64,000 nt of DNA from IMG/VR virus record IMGVR_UViG_3300046167_000801; one strand, written 5' to 3'. The first letter of the stretch is position 1, and every line of letters starts with the position of its first letter. The notes beneath the pieces are model-generated. The model was not told where the DNA came from and made no database searches. It saw only the letters and a list, made by a program, of their open reading frames with translations. The position numbers were made by a program, and so were the translations under genes. This document shows, in pieces, positions 47,078-56,277 of this stretch. Origin of the DNA: a virus. Its lineage: Duplodnaviria; Caudoviricetes.

Positions 47078-48515
47078 TTGGATTACCACATAGATCCGTT
47101 TCCAATAGAGTTACCTCTTTCAAACTACCTCTAGTAACTGATACTGATGGGTATCCCCTATACTTAGGTTTACTCTCACCGTCTTTAGTTATCTTAACGA
47201 AGGGAACATCACTGTGGGACCCATTATTGTAATAATGTGAGTATGGTCCTGATCGTGATACTAAAGGTACCATACTTAAAATTATTTTATTATCTTTTAT
47301 TTTACCCTGATCGAATATCTCCTTAGCTTTGGCGGTGTCTATGGTAAATGTTTGAGTTCTTTTACCTCCAAATTTCTTATCGGAAGTTCTACCAGGTAGA
47401 GTTGTTAATTTTTGGTGTAACGCTTTAACGGTCTTATTTTTTTGATCCTTATCAAATTTGAACGGTTTACCAACAGACCTTTTTAATATATTCATATCAT
47501 ACTTTGAGAAAGGGGTCGTCCCCTTACGGTCTTCGATCATTTTATTTAACATTTCTTTAGTAAAAACAGTTTCATCGTTGTAAGTTACCTTAAGTGGATT
47601 GTTCTTTTTATAAAATGATTCCACGTATGCTTTATAGGAGGGTACATCACCTCTAGTTGTTAAATCCCCTATTCGTTTACCATCAAATACATACTCTTTA
47701 TAAGAGGTTTCAGGGTTGGATTTTCTAAAGTTAACATATTTTCTACGTTCCGCATTTATCATCTTAGTGTACATCTTGTCATTATGTGTTTTCATCAATT
47801 TCTTAACCCCAAGCATAGAATCAGTTAAAACTATATTTTTTGTAAAACCTGAAGTATCGTACTTACCATTATTTAGATTTGCAATACCTAAGGATACTCC
47901 ATTCATTTTCAATTCAAATAACGCCTCATCACATTGGTGACCTGTTGTACCTATGTAACCTATCATAACTTCTAACCCAATTAGACACTCACTCTGACTT
48001 GTTGCGGTTACTTTTAACCTAACAAATTGTTCTTTCTTATATTTTGGATCCTTAGGATTATCTTTACCTCTTACATACGGTGTAGCACCTACTATTGTTT
48101 TAGGTTTTGGAATTTCAGGGTATGTAAATGACATTCCCCCATTTTCTAATTTTTTAAAGAAAGTATTTAAATAATTAACCAATGACTCACCTCTCCTCGA
48201 AGAAAGGTGACCTGGTTTTACCGGCTTACCCCCATCTTCATTATCTGCGTTTGTTACCTTAGATTCACCCGCTTCAACCTGAATACTTAATTTAGTTTGA
48301 GGGTTTTTAACTAAGAAATTTTGAATAACCTTCATTTGGTTATTTAAGTTTAGGATCTGGTTACTTGTCAGTTTCCAATAACCCGCTCTCCAAACAGAAT
48401 TAAAATTAACCGTTTCTGTTTTTGTTTCAGGATTAAACCCAACGGATTGTTCATTAATTGTTTTATAGTCACTAATTAATTTTTTAACCTGACTTTCAGA
48501 AAGATGTATTTTCAT
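47058..48515 (-). CDS. Protein with an OmpA-C-like domain and an L.ESQ....INEQ leader
   Basis: IQVEAGES.VTN...LSSRRGESLVNYL...GATPY...EQFVRL. Upstream TATTTAT on the - strand. Confidence 0.55.
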   Translation of the reverse strand: MKIHLSESQVKKLISDYKTINEQSVGFNPETKTETVNFNSVWRAGYWKLTSNQILNLNNQMKVIQNFLVKNPQTKLSIQVEAGESKVTNADNEDGGKPVKPGHLSSRRGESLVNYLNTFFKKLENGGMSFTYPEIPKPKTIVGATPYVRGKDNPKDPKYKKEQFVRLKVTATSQSECLIGLEVMIGYIGTTGHQCDEALFELKMNGVSLGIANLNNGKYDTSGFTKNIVLTDSMLGVKKLMKTHNDKMYTKMINAERRKYVNFRKSNPETSYKEYVFDGKRIGDLTTRGDVPSYKAYVESFYKKNNPLKVTYNDETVFTKEMLNKMIEDRKGTTPFSKYDMNILKRSVGKPFKFDKDQKNKTVKALHQKLTTLPGRTSDKKFGGKRTQTFTIDTAKAKEIFDQGKIKDNKIILSMVPLVSRSGPYSHYYNNGSHSDVPFVKITKDGESKPKYRGYPSVSVTRGSLKEVTLLETDLCGNPITAKRQ

Positions 48516-48563
48516 AATATTACGATATTACTATAAATATCATAAAAAATATAAAATATTTAT

Positions 48564-48594
48564 TTTGATATATCAACTAGTATTATTATATTTG
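48564..48594 (+). promoter_or_regulatory. Bacteroidota-type promoter
   Basis: TTTG-N19-TATATTTG. Confidence 0.75.
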
Positions 48595-48619
48595 TACCCT
48601 AAACCTTAAAAAAGTTATT

Positions 48620-49879
48620 ATGAAAACATATAATATTAGATTATTAATTTTATCAGTTCTTTTTATTATCCTTTCATGTCAAAAAGAAGAATTATTATTG
48701 GAGGATGAGATAGTAATTGAGGACACCATACAACCCACAGTATTTGAAGGTGGTGAATACTTAACAGTACCTGAGTATCTAACAACCCCAATAAGTGGTT
48801 CGGAGTTAATCATACCTACTATCATAATAAATTACATACCATCTAATGATGGTACTACCATCACAAATGAGTTCGCCGAATTAGAGGCGGTAAGAGATTG
48901 GGGTAATAATGTGATTTATGGTTTGAGTGTTGAGTCAGTTTTGAACTATTTCAAGGGTAGTGATATTAGACAAAAATGGTCTATGGAGGAAGGTTCAAGG
49001 TACCATGGACAAGAAGATAATACCTCAACACCATACTTAGGTTTTGATGTAATTGAATATATTAATATATATGAAATGGATTTCAATGAACAAGGTCAAA
49101 TTGATTATTTTAAGTTATTTGATAAGTTGGACATCAAAACTAAAGTTGAGGATTTGGGGGTAAAAGAAATATGGTTTAATCACTTCCCTGATGGTTATAG
49201 TATACCTGAAAGTAACATGAGTAGTCCACATAAAATATTCACACATAACGGATCGTTAACTAGTGATGTATCAAATAGTTACCGTAATGATGATGATTTA
49301 CCCATATATAATAAAACATACGTAGTTTACGGACAAACGGGTTGGTATTCAAACAATCTACATAATAGGGGTCACCAAATCGAAGCCCAATTAAGTATAT
49401 GGGAAACTTATAGGAACAATTACGATTTATCTTATTTGTTTTATCAGAAGTTTGGGGGTTATCCTGAAGGAGAACCACAACCTTATTATAGAGGTGGTAG
49501 GGTTGGTTTGGTACACTATCCACCCAATGCGGATGGTGATTACCATTACGATAGTGATGTTCCTGTTGAGAGTGATATATTGGATTGGATACCTAATGGG
49601 GGTGGATCTACTAAAACAATTAGTAAAAGTGATTGGGCATACCCAAGAACGATGGAAATACCCACACCTACTATTAATGACCACGATAGGTTCGGTTCTT
49701 ACGGAGGTAGTTATGAGGTTGGTAATGACCCCCACGGTGGTTGGTTAATATATTGGATGCAGTCCATACCATCTACTAATAATGACATACCATACGGGGA
49801 TCACACAATAACAAATTGGTGGGATATCATCTATAAATGGGATGAAACAATAGTAAATAATCACAATTTATTCGAATAA
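48620..49879 (+). CDS. Lipoprotein, possible zinc metallopeptidase
   Basis: LFIILS-C lipobox and HNRGHQIE (HxxxH..E). Confidence 0.55.
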   Translation: MKTYNIRLLILSVLFIILSCQKEELLLEDEIVIEDTIQPTVFEGGEYLTVPEYLTTPISGSELIIPTIIINYIPSNDGTTITNEFAELEAVRDWGNNVIYGLSVESVLNYFKGSDIRQKWSMEEGSRYHGQEDNTSTPYLGFDVIEYINIYEMDFNEQGQIDYFKLFDKLDIKTKVEDLGVKEIWFNHFPDGYSIPESNMSSPHKIFTHNGSLTSDVSNSYRNDDDLPIYNKTYVVYGQTGWYSNNLHNRGHQIEAQLSIWETYRNNYDLSYLFYQKFGGYPEGEPQPYYRGGRVGLVHYPPNADGDYHYDSDVPVESDILDWIPNGGGSTKTISKSDWAYPRTMEIPTPTINDHDRFGSYGGSYEVGNDPHGGWLIYWMQSIPSTNNDIPYGDHTITNWWDIIYKWDETIVNNHNLFE

Positions 49880-49911
49880 TTTGTATATTCTAAAAAACAT
49901 TAGTATATTTG
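49880..49911 (+). promoter_or_regulatory. Bacteroidota-type promoter
   Basis: TTTG-N20-TATATTTG. Confidence 0.75.
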
Positions 49912-49932
49912 TTTAAATAAAAAAAGTAAAAG

Positions 49933-50487
49933 ATGAAAACATTAGTAATTCACCCTAACGACAGAAGTACGTGGTTTTTAGAGAATGTTTATAAGAACAT
50001 AGAAAACCTGACACTGGTTACGGGTAATGTAAGTAGAAATGAAGTGAAATCAATGATAAGAGATCACGATCGTGTTATGATGATGGGTCATGGGTCACCT
50101 GGAGGATTATTCAGTGTAGGTCAATTCCCTTCACAATCCAATAATGGATATATTATTGATAGTGAAATGGTTGAACTTTTAAAGGAGAAAGATAACTCTA
50201 TTTTTATATGGTGTAATGCCGATCAATTCGTGGAAAGACACAACCTTAAAGGTTTTTATACGGGTATGTTTATTAGTGAGGTGGGTGAAGCGATGTATTG
50301 TGGATTACCCAAAACCAGACAACCCGAGGTAGATGAGTCTAACTTCTCCTTCGTCGATATTATGGGTGAGTGTATTGATCACGATCCAAAAACAATTCAT
50401 TTCATCGCCACGGAAAGATATGGTAAGTTAACGGATCATAATCCCGTCGCTAAGTATAATCACGAACGTTTATATGTAAATCAATAA
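49933..50487 (+). CDS. Conserved phage protein (alpha/beta, possibly caspase/C25-like fold)
   Basis: LVIHP.D.ST.FL, MMGHGSP.GL, IWCNAD.F. The His-Gly and Cys pair is only suggestive. Confidence 0.5.
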   Translation: MKTLVIHPNDRSTWFLENVYKNIENLTLVTGNVSRNEVKSMIRDHDRVMMMGHGSPGGLFSVGQFPSQSNNGYIIDSEMVELLKEKDNSIFIWCNADQFVERHNLKGFYTGMFISEVGEAMYCGLPKTRQPEVDESNFSFVDIMGECIDHDPKTIHFIATERYGKLTDHNPVAKYNHERLYVNQ

Positions 50488-50490
50488 GTT

Positions 50491-50595
50491 ATGGTATCAG
50501 AATGTTGTGGGGCATCCCCATGGTTAGGAAATGAGGATTTAGGTAGGTGTGGTGACTGTAAAGAATGGTGTGAATTTATAGAGGAGGAGGAATAG
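50491..50595 (+). CDS. Cys-rich microprotein (34 aa)
   Basis: Read by hand: MVSECCGASPWLGNEDLGRCGDCKEWCEF. Confidence 0.6.
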   Translation: MVSECCGASPWLGNEDLGRCGDCKEWCEFIEEEE

Positions 50596-50597
50596 TT

Positions 50598-51128
50598 ATG
50601 GAGTGGTATTTAGAAACTGATATGTTGATTGCCTACTTAGTCGTGGGTGTCTCCACTATATTATTATTATTACGTAATCGATACGAATATAATCCGAAAC
50701 TTAGAGATATGGAAGATCCTCACATTATGGATGCCATAGATAATTTTGGGACAATGATGAGTAATATCTACTCATTACCACCAGTTAAAATAGTAATTGA
50801 AGACCTAAGTAATGAAAGTGCGGTCTACGTTGATGGTCCTATTGAAGCATGTTTTATGCCTAAAGACAAAAATGGATCAAGAATAATTATTGACTTAGAG
50901 AGATTAAAAAGTGATGGTTGGGACCTAAGTACCTTATGTTCTGTTGTAATTCATGAGTATACCCATTACTATGACTGTTCCCTTTTCGATGATTACAAAG
51001 ATTGGTTAAAGGATTATGAATCCAATCCATGGCACTACGAATTACGTTCCAAACAATCTGAAAAAGATTACACAAAAACACTTATGAAAGAGTATTGTGC
51101 ACCTACTGAACAAACTAATAGTTTGTAA
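50598..51128 (+). CDS. Membrane-anchored zincin (HEXXH) protein
   Basis: N-terminal TM segment and VIHEYTHYYD. Confidence 0.6.
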   Translation: MEWYLETDMLIAYLVVGVSTILLLLRNRYEYNPKLRDMEDPHIMDAIDNFGTMMSNIYSLPPVKIVIEDLSNESAVYVDGPIEACFMPKDKNGSRIIIDLERLKSDGWDLSTLCSVVIHEYTHYYDCSLFDDYKDWLKDYESNPWHYELRSKQSEKDYTKTLMKEYCAPTEQTNSL

Positions 51129-51149
51129 ACTCACTAAAAAATAAACTAT

Positions 51150-51776
51150 ATGGCAAAGTATAAATTAGAAATGTATGGATGGGAAGTTGAGTCAACAGGA
51201 CATTCAATTACAGATGAACAGGTCAAATCTATTGAAGATTTAATTAAAACTAAGGGTGTTGATGAACTATGGGAAGTTCGTTTCGACCTTGAAGATGAGG
51301 GGATAATTGAGGATCTTTATAATCCTGATTTATGGCACGTATCAAGAGCATCAGATAATGGTGGGTTATGGTTTGTTGTAAACGATGAGAATGGTAAAGA
51401 GGTCTTGACTTTCAATGGTGAGGACATGAATGATTTTTACGAAGTATTAGGTGATGATGCCGATGACGTACCATATGAAGGGTACTTAGCAATACCTGGT
51501 GAAGGTGATAAATCAAAGGTGGAAAACATATTTGTAACCTTTGACGAAAATAAAGGTGGTGTAGCTGAGTTTGAACCTTTTGAATCAGACACAGTACCAA
51601 CTGCGAAAGATTTCTGTTATCAAAGTGGTGACATTGGAACACCTGAAGGTGATTGGGATTTTGTCTCTAAAGTATTTTTTAGGGGTAAAGAGTTAGATGT
51701 TTATGATCACTTAGATAATCGTGGTAAATCGTCCACAGTCGAAATTTACCGTAAAAACAAACCCACAATTTCATAA
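51150..51776 (+). CDS. Acidic hypothetical protein
   Basis: Long ORF, no family recognised. Confidence 0.6.
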   Translation: MAKYKLEMYGWEVESTGHSITDEQVKSIEDLIKTKGVDELWEVRFDLEDEGIIEDLYNPDLWHVSRASDNGGLWFVVNDENGKEVLTFNGEDMNDFYEVLGDDADDVPYEGYLAIPGEGDKSKVENIFVTFDENKGGVAEFEPFESDTVPTAKDFCYQSGDIGTPEGDWDFVSKVFFRGKELDVYDHLDNRGKSSTVEIYRKNKPTIS

Positions 51777-51825
51777 ACGGTTGATTAATTCAAATTATTT
51801 ATCTATATTTTAAAAAAAGTATAGT

Positions 51826-52074
51826 ATGGATAGTAATGAATTTGTAATATGGTTAAGAGGTTTCGTTGAAGCTTCAGGTACAGAATTAAGTGTCACTCAA
51901 CTAAGTACCGTAAAAAATAAATTAGAAACCGTAACTGAGGTTGAATGTGGTTATAGTAATCCATTAATACCTCCAACTTATTCTCCACCTACCATTTCAC
52001 CAAACACCCCTTTTGACACACCAGACAAAATATGGTGTTCCACAAATACAGGGGGAGTTGATTTTAACCAATAG
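51826..52074 (+). CDS. Hypothetical protein (F.IWL.GF leader, Pro-rich tail)
   Basis: MDSNEFVIWLRGFVE is a recurrent phage N-terminus. Confidence 0.6.
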   Translation: MDSNEFVIWLRGFVEASGTELSVTQLSTVKNKLETVTEVECGYSNPLIPPTYSPPTISPNTPFDTPDKIWCSTNTGGVDFNQ

Positions 52075-52088
52075 AAAATTTAAATTAT

Positions 52089-53057
52089 ATGATTAGAACC
52101 GCAGAATGTGTATCCCCAATGCACCCAGATAAGATGTGTGACAGAATTTCGGACACATTATTAGACCTACATTTAGAACAAGACCCTAACTCACGATGTG
52201 CAATTGAAACTTGTGGTGGTATGGGAGAAGTTTACATTACAGGAGAAGTTACTTCAAATGCGGTAGTAACAAGAGAAAATATTGTAAAGGTGGTTCATGA
52301 TGTAACTACCGATAACACAATTAATGTTATTATTAATATCAATCAACAATCATCGGAGATTGCTCAAGGAGTTGATATTGGTGGTGCAGGTGACCAAGGA
52401 ATTATGATTGGTTATGCTTGTAGAGATAACGATCAAAAATTACCACAGGAATATTTCTTAGCACGTGAATTAAACAAACTTGTATTCGAATTCTTTCCAT
52501 ATGATGGAAAAACTCAAGTTACAATGAATGGTAACTCACTTAGAGTTGTATGTTCATTTCAAAACGCACCTCAACACAAATTAGAAGAGTTATGTGTTTT
52601 ATTTTTTGAAGAAAATTATCCAATGTATAGGATAGAGTCACTTCATTGTAATCCTGCGGGTGATTGGAACATTGGTGGGTTTACCGCTGATGCGGGTTTA
52701 ACGGGAAGAAAACTAGCAGTGGATAACTACGGACCACGAATACCTATTGGTGGTGGTGCGTTTAGTGGTAAGGACGCAACTAAGGTTGATAGATCCGCAG
52801 CATATATGGGAAGAAGAATTGCAGTGGATATTTTAGAACAAAGACCAGAGGTAAAAGAAGTTATGGTTCAACTTGCGTATGCAATTGGATATGACCAACC
52901 ACTCCAAGCAACTGCAATCGTTGATGGGAAACATGAATTTATCAAAGGATATGATTTATCACCTAAAGGTATAATTGATTTCTTAGAATTAAGAAGACCG
53001 ATATATAAAGATACCGCGTCATTTGGACACATGGGATGTGATTTTACGTGGAAATAG
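52089..53057 (+). CDS. metK: S-adenosylmethionine synthetase
   Basis: TAECVS..HPDKMCD.ISD, GAGDQGIM.GYA, DGKTQVT, GG..ADAGLTGRKL.VDNYG, GGGAFSGKD.TKVDRSAAY. Confidence 0.97.
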   Translation: MIRTAECVSPMHPDKMCDRISDTLLDLHLEQDPNSRCAIETCGGMGEVYITGEVTSNAVVTRENIVKVVHDVTTDNTINVIININQQSSEIAQGVDIGGAGDQGIMIGYACRDNDQKLPQEYFLARELNKLVFEFFPYDGKTQVTMNGNSLRVVCSFQNAPQHKLEELCVLFFEENYPMYRIESLHCNPAGDWNIGGFTADAGLTGRKLAVDNYGPRIPIGGGAFSGKDATKVDRSAAYMGRRIAVDILEQRPEVKEVMVQLAYAIGYDQPLQATAIVDGKHEFIKGYDLSPKGIIDFLELRRPIYKDTASFGHMGCDFTWK

Positions 53058-53088
53058 TTGATTATTAAAATTATTTGCGGTATATTTG
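53058..53088 (+). promoter_or_regulatory. Bacteroidota-type promoter
   Basis: TTG-N20-TATATTTG upstream of the Hc1-like gene. Confidence 0.75.
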
Positions 53089-53118
53089 TAATATCATAAA
53101 AATTAAATATTTAAAAAC

Positions 53119-53286
53119 ATGAGTAAGAAAGCAGAAATTTTCGAACAGATTCAAGAACACTTTATTGCGTTCACGGAGAATCACAATTCAACAACCAAGG
53201 CGGGAGCGACAAGAGCTCGTAAACACATTGGTGAAGTTAAAAAGTTAGTTACTGATTATAGAAAAGCGTCAGTTTCCGAATCTTAA
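53119..53286 (+). CDS. Histone H1-like nucleoid protein (Hc1 family, 55 aa)
   Basis: Read by hand: ...KAGATRARKHIGEVKKLVTDYRKASVSES, matching the KAAG.RARK....L.K....FRK.S pattern. Confidence 0.8.
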   Translation: MSKKAEIFEQIQEHFIAFTENHNSTTKAGATRARKHIGEVKKLVTDYRKASVSES

Positions 53287-53314
53287 TATCGTATATCGAG
53301 ATACACGATAATAG

Positions 53315-53345
53315 AAAACCCCCACAGAAATGTGGGGGTTTTTTT
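53315..53345. terminator. Bidirectional intrinsic terminator
   Basis: AAAACCCCCAC-AGAAAT-GTGGGGGTTTT between convergent genes. Confidence 0.88.
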
Positions 53346-53368
53346 ATTTATACTAAGTAATGTGCCAA

Positions 53369-53770
53369 TTAGAATTTATTACCTTGTCGTAATTCGTCTA
53401 TGTCCTCTTGAATTTCCTTTAGATCTTTAGGTAACATTAAATCTAAACCAGATTTAATTGACTTCTCCATAATACCATCAACAAAAATAAGTAATGTGGG
53501 TGCCATTCTGATCCTATATTTCTTCTTCGCTTTAGGTGCTGACTCTATATTACATCTAAAGTAAGTCACTCCCTTTAAGGATTTCCATTCTTTAAATGAA
53601 TTTGTTTTGTTAAAGTCTGCCCAAAATTCCACTACAGTTATTGTTACATCATCATCCCCAAATGGGTGACGTTGACTTACCTCAGATTCAAAGTTTAAAT
53701 CACTAACCCATTGTTGTGAATATAACTGTGTAGATATCAATAGAGATAATAATATGATTATACCTTTCAT
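53369..53770 (-). CDS. Secreted thioredoxin-fold protein lacking CxxC
   Basis: Signal peptide, VVEFWADFN, YRIRMAPTLLIF.DG. Confidence 0.7.
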   Translation of the reverse strand: MKGIIILLSLLISTQLYSQQWVSDLNFESEVSQRHPFGDDDVTITVVEFWADFNKTNSFKEWKSLKGVTYFRCNIESAPKAKKKYRIRMAPTLLIFVDGIMEKSIKSGLDLMLPKDLKEIQEDIDELRQGNKF

Positions 53771-53771
53771 T

Positions 53772-54056
53772 TTAGTTTTGTTTTTGTAACTCATATAATC
53801 TCCCATCAATCTTCTCCAACTCTTTTAATATGGACTCTACATCTTCTTGAGTATCCATAATAGTTTGTCTAATCAGTTCATCCTTAAGATCATACTCTGT
53901 TCTAGTTATGTTTGGTTTAGGTAATTCCTTAGCTTCATTAATGTCGGACTGTAAGGTAAACCACATACCCACAACGGTCGCAACAAAAAATAAAATAATA
54001 CCTATTGTTTTTAAATCTAATGTAATTTTCGTCTCTTCACTTAATTGTTTACTCAT
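53772..54056 (-). CDS. Single-TM coiled-coil protein
   Basis: One TM segment followed by EYDLKDELIRQTI. Confidence 0.65.
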   Translation of the reverse strand: MSKQLSEETKITLDLKTIGIILFFVATVVGMWFTLQSDINEAKELPKPNITRTEYDLKDELIRQTIMDTQEDVESILKELEKIDGRLYELQKQN

Positions 54057-54063
54057 TGTTATA

Positions 54064-55293
54064 TTATCTAAATGTGTAGTTTAATCCGAATGTGCTATAG
54101 AAAAATTCCGAATCCCACATCCTTGTATATTCTCCTTCAACAAACAAACCTAACTTTCTACCAACTTTCCAACCTATGTTGGCTCCGAATTGGAAGTCAT
54201 CCCATTGTTTGAATTGTGCGTCTTGAACTAGACCACCTTTACCCCAATTATCTCTATTACCATAATTAAAATCATCATCACCCATTACATAAGTGTGAAA
54301 TGGTAAGAGGTAATTACCGTAGACGTGTGCCCAAAATTTTGGTGTATAATGATAGAAATCAAAACCAACAACAGGTGAAACCAAACCAAATTGTCCTATT
54401 TCATCCCACGCACCATTATTAAAATCGTTAATTAAGTCCCTGAAAACACCATCTCTAAACTCCAAATCTGAATCGGCAACTCTATCACCATTCTCATTTA
54501 ACCAAAACCAATCACTTCTTTCAACTTCTTCACCAGTAACTGGATCTATATAAGTTTCAGTATAAAATTGATCGGTGTATCCATTATTGTAACCAAGAGT
54601 GTACCAAGGGTTTAATGGGTTACCATCTGCATCTTCCTCATTAACCCAAATTTCAAAAGGGTTATATCCGTAAGCCCTGTCATGAGTTCTGAAGATTGCA
54701 CCTCCAGATAAAGAGAACTTTTTACCTATAGGTAGTCTTAATCTCGCTTCCGCTGATTGGTATTCGAAATCAAACGCCCCCTGTTTTCTACTTTCTAATT
54801 TTAATATGTGGTGTTTACCTGTATGTCTTATAAAATATCTACTATTGGTCCATACGTCACCTCTGTTACGTTCTTTTTCCCAATGGAATAGATATTCAAA
54901 TCCCTTAACTGCTGATGTAGGTGCGGACAACGCTATTTGTCTTTCTCTATCAGCATTACCTGTCCAAAAGTTACCGGGTTTTCTTTCGTAATCAAATCTC
55001 GCTAATTTTCTAATACCGAAACCGATTCTATAATCAAATGGGTTATAATCCGTACCATCCACCACTTGTGGAATACTATATATACTACCATTATCGTTTG
55101 TTCTTACAAAATATTCTTTTCTTGCTGGTTCATACGAGTTACGAATATCACCCGCACCATAGATTGTCCCATACTTTAAAAAATCATTGTAAAATTCCTT
55201 AATAAAAGAGTCTTTTTTCTCTTTTTTACTTTCTTGTGCAAGCGAAGGTACCGCCCATAAAATGCACATTAATAAAACCATTATGTTTTTCAT
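54064..55293 (-). CDS. Secreted / outer-membrane beta-barrel-like protein
   Basis: Signal peptide, aromatic-rich strands, C-terminal FGLNYTFR. Confidence 0.65.
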   Translation of the reverse strand: MKNIMVLLMCILWAVPSLAQESKKEKKDSFIKEFYNDFLKYGTIYGAGDIRNSYEPARKEYFVRTNDNGSIYSIPQVVDGTDYNPFDYRIGFGIRKLARFDYERKPGNFWTGNADRERQIALSAPTSAVKGFEYLFHWEKERNRGDVWTNSRYFIRHTGKHHILKLESRKQGAFDFEYQSAEARLRLPIGKKFSLSGGAIFRTHDRAYGYNPFEIWVNEEDADGNPLNPWYTLGYNNGYTDQFYTETYIDPVTGEEVERSDWFWLNENGDRVADSDLEFRDGVFRDLINDFNNGAWDEIGQFGLVSPVVGFDFYHYTPKFWAHVYGNYLLPFHTYVMGDDDFNYGNRDNWGKGGLVQDAQFKQWDDFQFGANIGWKVGRKLGLFVEGEYTRMWDSEFFYSTFGLNYTFR

Positions 55294-55344
55294 CTCTAAA
55301 TAAAGTGTTTTTTAGTCATTATTTTTACTTTAATAATAAATATC

Positions 55345-55376
55345 TTGCGTTTATTAAAAAAATATTATTATATTTG
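55345..55376 (+). promoter_or_regulatory. Bacteroidota-type promoter
   Basis: TTG-N21-TATATTTG. Confidence 0.7.
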
Positions 55377-55391
55377 TATAAATATTTTTTT

Positions 55392-55556
55392 ATGAGCTAC
55401 CAAGAAATAATTAAAAACTTAACACAGATAAAGGGTCTGTGTGATGATGATTGTCCAAGAATGGCGTCAGAAAGGATAAACTGGTTGATAAATGATATCA
55501 AAAAATACAAGGAAAAAGTATCTCTTTGGGATAGATTAACCTCATCTAATAAATAA
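55392..55556 (+). CDS. Hypothetical protein (54 aa)
   Basis: ATG directly after the promoter. Confidence 0.6.
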   Translation: MSYQEIIKNLTQIKGLCDDDCPRMASERINWLINDIKKYKEKVSLWDRLTSSNK

Positions 55557-55669
55557 AAAATGAAAAAAAGGTCTTCTTATAGTATCCTATTCACGATATT
55601 TTTATTTCTTTATATACTCTCAAGAGTTATCAGATACATTGTAAACAATTAATAAATTAATATAAAATT

Positions 55670-55849
55670 ATGAAAAAAGTCAAAGATTTTATGATGGTGT
55701 GGTATCCCGTGGTATTTGCATTCATATGTTTACTCTACTCAGTAGGGTTGGGTTTACTTGGTAGAACCGAGGAGGCACAGTATTCGGCACATTGGCCGGG
55801 AACAATTTTATTATTTGCATTAGTAATCAGACAAAGAAGAAACTCATGA
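55670..55849 (+). CDS. Small membrane protein (59 aa)
   Basis: Read by hand: YSVGLGLLG..EEAQYSAHWPGTILLF. Confidence 0.6.
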   Translation: MKKVKDFMMVWYPVVFAFICLLYSVGLGLLGRTEEAQYSAHWPGTILLFALVIRQRRNS

Positions 55850-56085
55850 GTGTAGCAATGTTTGTAATTGGGTTTGTGATATTCTCAGCGTATGTATATT
55901 TTCTGATTTGGAATATATACTATGGATCCAAAAAACAAAGAGAAGAAAATTATCCTAATATCCCCGATGTTATGGATATGGATGGGATGGGGAACTTTAG
56001 TAGATTCCCAACTGACGATATCAAAATAGAAGAACGTAAATTAAAAAGAAAAAAATATGAAACTTTACGACGTACCAAGAAATAG
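55846..56085 (+). CDS. Small single-TM protein with a DMDGMGNFSRFP motif
   Basis: ATGA overlap with the upstream ORF. Confidence 0.6.
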   Translation: MSVAMFVIGFVIFSAYVYFLIWNIYYGSKKQREENYPNIPDVMDMDGMGNFSRFPTDDIKIEERKLKRKKYETLRRTKK

Positions 56086-56257
56086 TAGAATTAAAGTGAT
56101 CAGTGATGTTAAGGTTCCACCCGCAGCACCACATATCGAGGAACAGGAAGAACTTAATTTCAGATCCATAGATGGAATGTATAGTTATTGTACACGAGAC
56201 AATGGTGAGGTGGTTCATTTGGTTGCTTGGGCGGATGTTGAAGTCATAAATAAGTAA
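56057..56257 (+). CDS. Hypothetical protein
   Basis: Overlaps the upstream gene. DGMYSYC...G..VHL..W..V. Confidence 0.6.
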   Translation: MKLYDVPRNSRIKVISDVKVPPAAPHIEEQEELNFRSIDGMYSYCTRDNGEVVHLVAWADVEVINK

Positions 56258-56277
56258 ATTAAACTATTTATAGTATT

